NCBI RefSeq assembly: GCF_000143415.4
Contig: NW_003314281.1
Span: 484,833-548,832 of the forward strand
Source of the DNA: Selaginella moellendorffii
Taxonomy: Eukaryota > Plantae > Lycopodiophyta
Reading direction: 5' to 3'
Length of the DNA stretch: 64,000 nt
The position numbers were made by a program, and so were the translations under genes. Below are positions 35,745 through 45,479 of this stretch, piece after piece; within the stretch, counting starts at the first letter, position 1; the number at the start of each line of letters is the position of its first letter. The notes beneath the pieces were generated by a model. The model was not told where the DNA came from. It did no database searches and worked only from the letters and a program-made list of their open reading frames with translations.

Positions 35745-38042
35745 TAAGCCTCAAATTTGCACCCTGCAAAGCCTTGCAAAGGCATGTTTACCTTGCATTT
35801 GAAGACTGATTTTTAATTTGCCTTGCTATTTGAAAGAAATGTTCAATGTTCACTTTGCACTAATGAAGTATAGAAATATTTTAGTGTTGCCACTTGCAAG
35901 GCAAAGAAAATTTGTACTACAATGTAGCGATAGCAACAACAATAACATGGGATTAAAACATTCTTTGCTATTGCCTATGGGAGGGAGAAAAGAAATATAG
36001 ATCAGCAAAATATTGCAAGGCAAAAGCTTCATGATTCCTTTTTTTGTGAAAGATTTAAAATCAGATAAGAAGATAAAAAATTTTCAATAACAGAAGAAGA
36101 AACTAATACTTCAACCAATAAAAAGAGGAAAAAAAATAGAGCATTCAGAACTGAATGGAAACTCAGTTTTCCTTGGATGTATTTTATGGTGGATGTTGAA
36201 GGCAATCAAAGGATAAAATGTACAATATATGTATATGCTAAAAAGGATAATCCTTTTGGTAAAGATCGTTCTTTGACTTTTCAAAAAACTAATTTTAAAA
36301 GAGCATAACAATTCTAAACAACATTAACTAACTATAGTTATTTGGGAAGCAAAGAAGAAGAAAGGGTTATCTATCCTTAAAAATTTACTGCTCAAGAAAA
36401 TTAACACAAGAATAAATTGATTTTTTTAATGCAACACATGTACTTCATTGTGAAGAAGGGATTACCTTTAGAAAGCTATAAATTTTTGTGTGAATTCAAT
36501 AGGTTTATAGGAATGTTGTATATGCCAATCACTGTACAGTATAAGACTTGTGTAAATACTATAAGTGGGAAAAAGTTTGTAAAATGCATAAAAGATATTT
36601 GATGGATAAATGTTTACCAAGATATTTAAATTAGTCCTTATTTTTCTATAATGGTGGATAACAATACTGATAGAAGTTTGGAAGCTCATCTTATCATATA
36701 CATCTCTTTCCATATGCAAGAAAAAAAAACTCTGAATAAAACTTGTTTTTTGAAATTGATGGTAACTAAAGGCTGTAAGTAATTATGAGGCCATCAAAAA
36801 GGTTTTGGAAGAAATGAACCTTAAAAAGGGAAAATGTGTTGCTATTAGAATTAATAAAGCTTTTATTATGGTTGGAGAATAATTTGGTCTAATGACAAAA
36901 TTGAAACATAATATTCCACACTTGCTTGGAATGTATTGCTTAGCACATAGATAAAGTTTAGTGACTATTGAAATTATGCATGCATTTCTTAAGCTTATGG
37001 TTGTTCAAAAGTTATGCAATCAAATTTATAAATGTTTGCATACTTCTAGAAAAAGAGTCATGGCTTTTAGGCCTCTAGAAGATGCTATGAATATACTTAT
37101 ATTAGGTATGCTTCAAATCCACAGTGTACGTTGGTTATCTCATAAAGAAGTCTTAAAGAGAATGATTATCTATTCATATGCTACTTAATATATTTCTAGA
37201 ATTGAATAGTCTAAACAAAATCTTTCAAAGTTGAAACTGTGGATATTGTTAGCATTGCTAGGTATTTAGATAGTATTTTGAAAAGTATCAAAAGAAAATT
37301 TCTAAAAGAGACTCTTGGTGTGAAACACTTAGGTAATTTTGTAGAGGCCACTAAAGATGAATTTATCAAGTTTATAAATGCTGAAGGGGAATAACATAAG
37401 CATGCCTTAGATTATACTCCTATTCCAAAGAGCAAAAGAGATGGGAATGTGAGCTCTTGCTTAGATTTAAACAAAGAGTGTGTTCAGAAACTATACATTG
37501 ATATGTTGGCCAGAATGGGAAAAGATATAGGCATGTTCAATGCTACAAAACTGTTCAACCCAAAGAATAAATCAAATGATAAGGAAAAATTGGATAACAA
37601 CTCTTACAAATGGCTAAATATTTTATTGAACTAGATTGGTGCTCTTGTTGATGGGAAAAATGCAAAGGAGAACTCACAATTGTAATTATTATGCAAAATA
37701 ATCTGTTAACAAAAAATGAGCTAGTGGTTTGGCAAATATACAAAGATGATATTTCCATGATAGATATATATTCTAATTTAATGGAACTATGGAAATTATC
37801 TCTTTGATACCCATGAGCACTATTTGTGCTGAATGTATATTTTCTTATCAAAATCAGTTGAAAACTACTTCAAGATGCTCTCTAAAGATTGAAACTTTAG
37901 ATGATTTGATATTCATCTATTTAAATAGTGATAATGACTACAATAAGATCAATTAGGGGCATGTTTATGATGCATGGCATCAAAAAAAGGAAAAAAGGAT
38001 TTTGTGTGATTGAATTATTTGTATTAAATTTTTATATATATA

Positions 38043-38101
<59 letters not shown>

Positions 38102-38196
38102 GGGAGGTATACATTAATTTTTATCTTGCACAATGAAAGACAATTGTAATATTCACAAGAAGGAAAAGAAAGTTTGCCGTGCAAATTTGAGGCTTG
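35745..38196 (+). mobile_element. Degenerate hAT DNA transposon, copy 2 (uninterrupted, ~2.45 kb)
   Basis: TIRs taagcctcaaatttgcac / gtgcaaatttgaggcttg. TSD tgacaatg (35737-35744) / tggcagtg (38197-38204). Transposase remnants KKGLPLESYK, LLGMYCLAHR and HSVRWLS. Same insertion site as copy 1. Confidence 0.88.
38033..38098. repeat. (TA)n microsatellite inside hAT copy 2
   Basis: About 30 TA units with one interruption. Confidence 0.95.
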
Positions 38197-38762
38197 TGGC
38201 AGTGGCAATAGTGTTCAATAGCAGTCTGCCCTGTCCAAGCTTTGCGTTCGTTACACCACTTCGTAGTACTACTCCTCAAGCCAGCAGAAGGTTCTTAAGT
38301 ATAAGATATAAACATCACTATGTGAGAAGGAACACTCCAGTTTTTTCTTTCCCACCACCTAAGCCTAGTAAGTGGCAAACTATAAGACCTGGTTGAAAGG
38401 GAGAGTTCTGCACAGTACACACTAAAAGATGGCCATGCTGCGTGTTTGAAGCCGACTTTTCTCTAGGCCTGGAAGAAGAAGGTTTAAGTTTATGGAGAAT
38501 TTATAGAGCAAGAGTACAAGATTATATACTATTATTCCCTTCCACGGCTGTGCGATAGTTTGTTGTGCAACAGTAGAAAGGGCACTACCGAGACGAAGAA
38601 AACGGTCTTGTGCGTGTCAGATCATTGTTGTCAAACAACATTGATCGATCTGGAATCGCAGCACTAGTGCTCCAGCGGAAAACATTGATTAGGTCAGCAG
38701 GCTTAGCTGGAACCACGCAAGAGCCGCCTCCTCAAATGCCCAGAACTCCTTGAACGCTAAAC

Positions 38763-41059
38763 ATGGATTCGAGGAACCGCAGAAAGTTTCAAAGGGCACA
38801 GTCTGAGAATGGAGGACGCCCTCAAGATCCAGCAGCAATTGCCGAGATGGAACGTTACGCGATCCTCTCCGGCTATGCGGGAGATATCCACTCTCGTGGG
38901 CATTGCGGCGAGCACAGCTCGAGCCTCGATCACGCGGCCATTGCGAGCGTAAGCGTGAATCAAACTCCTCCAGCAGCAATTCACGATCTCTTCCGGGATG
39001 CTGTCAAACGATCGCATCTTGCGGCCTGGAACTTGATGATGGAAGCATATGCCCAAACTGAGCAAGCCATCCAACTCTTCCACGAGGCCACGCCCGACGG
39101 TGGAGTGAGGATCGATCTTGTGTCGTTCATCACCATCCTCTCGGCTTGCAGCCATTTGGGGAAGATCCAAATCGCCCGCGATCAATGGTCGCCTATGATC
39201 GCGAGAACCAAAACTTTGGGTTTAGAGAGCAATGTCGGGGGCGAATGACTGCTGCGATCACAGGGCTAGAGGAGCGGCATTTCCTGGCCGTGGCAAGGGT
39301 ATTTTCTTCGCCAATCTCCTCATCCAGTTGTATGGGCGCTGCGGCAGCGCTCTGGATGCGCGATCTCTCTTGATCGCCGAAATACTCCTGGGAACACCTT
39401 CAATGCCGCCGAGCTCTTCGATCGCATCCCGGCTCTTTGATCGAATGTGCCATCGCGCGAAGTGCCAGGGAGGGGAATATTGCGCGATCCAAGAGCCTCT
39501 TTGATCGATGCCCCACTGGAATCTCTTGTTCTGCAAAGTGGTCGTGAAGTCCTATATCCGGAGCTCCAATCTCGACCAGGAAAAGAATATCTTCGATTCC
39601 ATGGCGGATCATGACGTGGCATCTTGGAACTTACACTGTATGCCCAGTTCGGACAAGTTGAGCTTGCCAAGACACTTTTGACGGGATGGAGTTTCGTGAT
39701 CTTGTCTCGTGGAACCCGATGATCGCTGGATATGTGGCGGCATCCAGATCCGGGACTGTCCGGCGGTGATCGATCGTGTCCCAGAGCTCCAGGCCGTGAT
39801 ATGGAACTCAATGATCACAGCGCTCGCGCAGGGGCAAAATCGAGGCAGCAAAATCGAGTTTTGATAGAATGCCGGCCATGTCGTGGACGAATCTACTGCT
39901 GTGCTATCCGCAGAATGATTCCTGGAAGAATTGGACAGGGCGTTCCATCGGCTCCGGAAAACTACGAGAATGCCCAAAATAGGGATTTTTCCAACGCGAG
40001 AGAGATCTTTGATTCCATGCCGGATAAGGACGTGGTGGCGTGGATGGCGATTGTGAAAGCTTAGCTTACCAAGGCTTTGTCGCCCTCGCGAAGAAAATCT
40101 TCGTTCAAATCCCGGAAAAGAATCCAGTCTGGTGGAGCGTGATGCTCCTCGCGTATGCCGAGAGTGGGCACTTTGGCGGGGCCGTGAGGTTCTTCCACGA
40201 GATCCTGCGCAAGACCATCGTCTGCTGAACAGCTCTCCCGCAAGTTTTTGAGCGATCTCGGCGCCGCCAGGAGCATGAAGATGCGCAGCTTGGTTTCCTA
40301 GATGACCTTGGTGTGGGCTTATGCTCGAAACGGGGAAGTCTTCCATCTTATGAATCTCGAACGTTCCGGAACGTTCGGACTTCGTGCAGCCATGTCGGTC
40401 TCGTGGCCTAGGACCACTTCGTCTGCTTGGGGATGGTGCCCAGGAGAGAGCGCTATTGCTGCATGAAGAACTCTGAGCACCGTCGTCAACTCGATGCCAT
40501 TCCTTCCAGACATCGTGATCTGGATGTCGCTGCTGGGAGCTTGTCGCCTGATCCACCGCGAAGCCGATTGAGCTGAGCGAGTCGCGGCGAAGATCTTCGA
40601 GGCTACACGACTGCATACGTGGTTCTCTGGAACATGTACTCGTCGATCTGGAGGAGGGACAAGGTGTCGATGATCCGGAACCTGATGAAGTCGAGGCGAG
40701 TGAGAAAAGTTCCGGGGATCAGCAACATCGAAGTTGGCAGCGAAGTTCACAGTTTCGTGGTGGGGGATCTTTCGCATCCTCACAGCGAAGATATCGTTGC
40801 GGATCTCCAGAGGCTGGCGAGAGAAATGCGGCATGCTGGCTACGTTCCCGACACGAAGGAGATCTTTCATGACGTTGGCGAGGAGCAAAAGGAGGAGCTG
40901 TTGCACTACCACGGCGAAAAGATGGCTGTGGCTTTTGGATTGATCTCGTCGCTGAGGAACTTGCGGGTGTGTGGGGATTGCCACTCGGCTATCAAGTCTG
41001 TATCCAAGATGGTGGTATCTATAACCGTGAGGGATGCTAACCGGTTCCATCACATGTAG
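38763..41059 (+). pseudogene. Degraded PLS-class PPR-E-DYW (organellar C-to-U editing factor) pseudogene, with the first codons taken from the ARM gene
   Basis: PPR motifs in shifting frames (AAWNLMMEAYAQ, VSFITILSACSHLG, FFANLLIQLYGRCGS, AREIFDSMPDKDVVAW). E/DYW segment KVPGISNIEV...HSFVVGDLSHP...GYVPDT...HGEKMAVAFGLI...NLRVCGDCH...RDANRFHH, ending before the CSC-DYW terminus. Confidence 0.85.
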
Positions 41060-41579
41060 AAACAACAAAAAGAATGATCAGAAAAAAGGAGAAGCGAAAG
41101 CCTCACCTTTAGAGCTTCAGCTCCCTTCCTTCTAGTATAACAAAACTCAAAGGAATGGAAGGAAAAATGGCAGGAACACTTCCTGTGCAGCTCAAGCTCT
41201 CGGCTCTTGAGCTGCTCCAAGACGTAGCTACTAGATCGAAAACGGCCAAGATCTCCACAAATAAAGCTAGATTGGAAAAAGGATATATACATCATTTGAG
41301 AGGCGATGTGTCCAGTCAGCTCAATCTGCGCGCGAGCTGCTTGTCGACCTGGTTTTATCTTTAAATATCACTAAAAGATTTGTGGTCGCTATTGCGTTTC
41401 TAGCTACATGGATTCGAGAACGAAAACAGCCTTCACTGTCTCCGAGATCTTTTCTGAAAAGCTATTCGTTCTAAGATGAAAGGGAAGGTGATATTTTCTA
41501 GCGGTCAATTTTCTACAAGGAGGAATATGCTGAAAACCAAACACTAGTGTATTTGAAGTTTGGGCTAAATTATTCTGCA

Positions 41580-42200
41580 ATTTGAAATTGGCAACTTCCT
41601 TGCTTCACTCCATATCTATGTACTTTGCTATCACTGGGCTATGTGGCTGGAGGTAAGCTAGATTTATTTATGGATAATTGCTTAACAATTTGTTTCAGTT
41701 GTCTGATACTCACTTCAAATACAAGTTATCCATGCTAGTTAGCTTTGCTATTGGAGGAGCTCACATATGTTTTACATTCATTGCTTTACAAGTAGCACAT
41801 GCTTATGCAGGGACATCATCAAATTATGAGATGGTGGATAGGGATACAGGAATGCACTGAGGACGAATCTACCATATGTTTCATATCAGGTATATTTACT
41901 TTTTACCCTTGATCCGGTATTTATCATAGGGTGTGGTGGGAATGGTTATAGTTAATAATGGAAGAGTATATAATTCCATATTGGATATATAAAAATGTTC
42001 TGATGCTAGTAATTTTGTAATTCAGCAGCTTTGGTTAAAAACCAAGTGTTAGTAACATATGTTGTATCCATAATCTCGCTCATTGATTCTATAGACATTG
42101 CACTGAGGATGAGTATTGGACCAGAGGATATGCCAAGCAGGGCATATGCTAAAAATCTGTCAAGCTCCTTGAGGAGTTTGGCATCCTCGTTGTATTCTTT
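41580..42200 (+). pseudogene. Unidentified intron-containing gene relic, apparent paralogue of 43590-44506
   Basis: Short exon-like blocks with GT/AG ends, e.g. ...ggctatgtggctggag|gtaagc and tag|cacatgcttatgcagggacatc...atgagatggtggata, similar to the reverse complement of ~44027-44085 and ~43800-43845. Confidence 0.35.
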
Positions 42201-42329
42201 TCATTGAAGCCTTTGTAAATTTCTATTCGATCAAATGCCTAGCTGTAATCCCAGCATTTGCCAAGATGAGGCAAATGGGTATAATTAAGGCTTTTTACGA
42301 CACTGAGCCCGAGAAAGATCTCGTGCTGT

Positions 42330-43310
42330 CGGAGCTTTCGTGCAAATCGGGAATTTGGTGGAGGTTTGAGACGATGGCGACGAGGAACTTGGCTCTGCCT
42401 TGTAGAAGGGGTCAAGAGGATGTTTTTCCGGATGCCGGACTCTCGTGTCCTGGAATGGTGATCGAGGCTCGAGCTGTTCTTGCCGCAATGCGCACGAGAG
42501 ATCTTGCGGCCTGGAACTTGATGATGGAAACATATGCTCAAAAAGGGCATTACAGGGAAGCCATCCACGACCACGCTCGATGGCGGAGTGACGATCGATC
42601 TCGTCTCGTTCATCACCGTCCTCTCGGCTTGCAAGATCCTAATCGCCCGCGATCAGTTCGTGTCTATGGTCGCCTATGATCGCTGACTATGGCATCGTTC
42701 CAATGGGATCACTACTCTCGCGAGATCGGAAGGCTTTGCGACGCCGAGAGTTTGCTCGAGACGATGTCTTCGTGCCTGCCTGCCCTCTCCCATCGGCGGA
42801 TTGGTGGAATACAAGAGATGGATCGCCGAAATCCCTCCAATGCCGCCGAGGTCTTAGATCATCCCGGCTCTTCGATCGAATGCCCCATCGCGACGCTTTG
42901 CCAGGGAGCAATCCAAGAGCCTCCTACGCCACAGTGGAATCTCGTGTCGTGCAACGAGGCCGCCTACATCCGGAGCTCCAATCTAGGCCAAGCGAAGAAG
43001 ATCTTCGTTTCCATGCCGGATCACCGTGGTCTCTTGGAACTCGCTCATTACACTGTATGCTCAGTCCGGGCATCTTGCGCTCGCCAAGAACACGTTTGAT
43101 GGGATGGCGTTCCGCGATCTTGTCTCGTATATGTGGCAGCCTCCCGGATCCGCGACTGCCAGGCTATGTTCGATCGCGTCTCAGAGTGACAGTGAACTCG
43201 ATGATCACGGAGCTCGCGCACCAGGGAGAATGCCGGCCAAGGATCTCGTGCCATGGACGAATCTACTGCTGTGCTACGCCCAGAATGGATTCCTGGAAGA
43301 CTCAGACAGG
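42330..43310 (+). pseudogene. Second degraded PPR fragment, paralogous to 38806-39930
   Basis: EARAVLAAMRTRDLAAWNLMMETYAQKGHYREAI, LFDRMPHRD, VSWNSLITLYAQSGHLALAKNTFDGM and MPAKDLVPWTNLLLCYAQNG in different frames. Confidence 0.8.
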
Positions 43311-43589
43311 GCTCGCCAACGCAGTGGGATTTGGCCAACTTATTTGTGTTTTAAACTACAATAATATCAGGCTCACTGGAAGAAGTGGCAAGGATTTTCC
43401 CCATGCCCCCCTCGCACTCTGACAGCACTGCAAATTCTTTACAAACTTTTGCATCAACCACATAATATTACACGAAAGAAGCCATATTTCTTTCTTAATC
43501 GGAAACATTTGCCACTCTTCCACTGTGTCTTTTTTTCATCAGAACCCGTGCAGCCATTTCCCCCATTAACACCACAACAACAATAGAGT

Positions 43590-44506
43590 TCATGACGCAC
43601 ACCATCCTGTTTCCCCACCTCCAGTCTGGATATAGACGTTTACAGACATAAATTATAGGTATGCAACATGGCTCACATAAAGAAAGTATAGGATATCCAC
43701 CAATCACCTCATATATGTGGTAATGATCTTGCCCTTGGCGGTCACCAAATCCATGATTTGGAAAAAGCCATCTTTTCGAGCCAGGAAAACGGGGTGTTTC
43801 TATGAACCATCTCATTATGGCTGATGTTCCTACAAGAATGTGCTATTGCAGACAAAACTTGCCAAACGATAAACCAGGAGCGATTTAAGACATATGTGTT
43901 TGCTAATGCACTCGCTGCTCCAATAAAATTACTTACCAGCATACAGCACCTGGAGTGCAAGAGAGTAAGGATTCCAATAATAGCTGTAAAAACATCTTAG
44001 AAATAATATTTATGAGACTGTCTTACCTCCAATAATATAGCCCACTGATATATATGTGGTGAGTGAAGCAAACAAGCTGCCAATATCGAGGAATTTAAGC
44101 ACAGGAATCCCTTTACCGGTAAACCATGCATTTGTCGATGGAACTTACTTCCACAACGATTGAAGCAAAATCGATGTCAAGAGAACGTGGAAACACTCAC
44201 TGGACAGTGTCTTTCAGTTGCTGTCATTGAATAGATTCTTGTAGAAACAATGCTCCGGCTTGGAAGCAAGGAAAATCTTCTGAGTGAAAATCAAAGACGA
44301 GGATCCCGCACACCAAAACCTGGCGATATCGTGAGCAGCTGGCACGGCATCGTCGTCCCACACAGCTGAATTCGCCATCCAGAAATTCACAGCCTCTGTG
44401 AAGAAATATTGCTCAATCACAAGAATGCCAGCTCACCGAGAGTAGAGCGGGACGTGAGGATTTGCTGAATACCGTGAGATTCCCAGTCGCGATGCAAGCA
44501 TCCATG
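43590..44506 (-). other. Unidentified multi-exon gene or gene relic
   Basis: Candidate ATG near 44506 (MDACIATGNLTVFSKSSRPALLS|GTGAG), several short GT-AG introns, and an exon reading HILVGTSAIMRWFIETPRFPGSKRWLFPNHGFGDRQGQDHYHIYE|GT. Family not recognised and full frame continuity not established. Confidence 0.35.
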
Positions 44507-44876
44507 GCGCTGGAGATTTAGAGTAGGGGAATATCCTAAGTAAACTGACGGAAAACTTGTAAGTGATCAACCTCATCACTTGCTTGCAATGTTGTATATG
44601 GCAAGGCTTTTTAGTAATGCCTTGGTGAAGATGATCTTGCGGAACTCGAGTAGAATCCTTCCTTTCTTCTAGAGCAAGCCGTCATGGAAGGAAATCTTCG
44701 CGTCGCTGAAGTTGTTCTCTCCTTCGAGTGCTCATCGTTGGATTAGCCCTCTATGATTTCTGGTGTGACAACTGACCGTATTCTTCTCGTCCCAGTCGAA
44801 CTTCATCCTGTGTTCTTCCCAAAGCTTCCACAGGCATTTTCTAGTTTCTGTTCTTCATTTTCTTGTTGGTGGTGCG

Positions 44877-45330
44877 ATGCAGATGGGTCGATCTCCTTGC
44901 TGCGAGAAAATCGGTCTCAACAGGGGTCCATGGACTCGTGAAGAAGACACGCTCCTCACGCAGTATGTCAACGAGCACGGCGAAGGGTCTTGGAGAACGC
45001 TTCCAATGGCCGCAGGTTTGATCCGCCCAAATCTCATTCCACTCCTTGTCTCTACATTCTCTGAGATTTTTTCTCGTGGTTGCTAGATTTCCTCTAGACA
45101 AGCCATGTTTGCGTCGTAGCTAGTTAGAACGTCCCTATTCTTTTATATACTCCGCTCAAGCTTGATGTTTGCAGTGTCTTTGTCGCAACTAGCAGCATTG
45201 TCAAACAAAGCACTCGTTTTTTATTGATTCGCTCGTGACCAGTCGCTTGAAGTGGTCAGAAGGCTCGTGCTATCATAGATTCGCTCGTGATGAGTAGCTT
45301 GAAGTGCTCGGAAGGCTCGTGCTATCATAG
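44877..45330 (+). pseudogene. Second truncated R2R3-MYB: exon 1 (44877-45015) plus most of intron 1, fused to the ARM copy 3 upstream region
   Basis: Near-identical to 51058-51460, with LPKAAG changed to LPMAAG. Homology begins at ~44778 and ends at ~45330, before the exon 2 acceptor. Confidence 0.85.
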
Positions 45331-45479
45331 AACGAAAGTAGTAGCTTACTTGCTTATGCCAGCAACATGAGAAAGACATTCAAGCGGCTTTGAAGTCGTC
45401 AATACCACGGTCACCAGGCTTAGCTGGACCCATGCAAGAGCCGCCTCCTCAAATGCCCAGAACTCCTTGAACACTAAAC

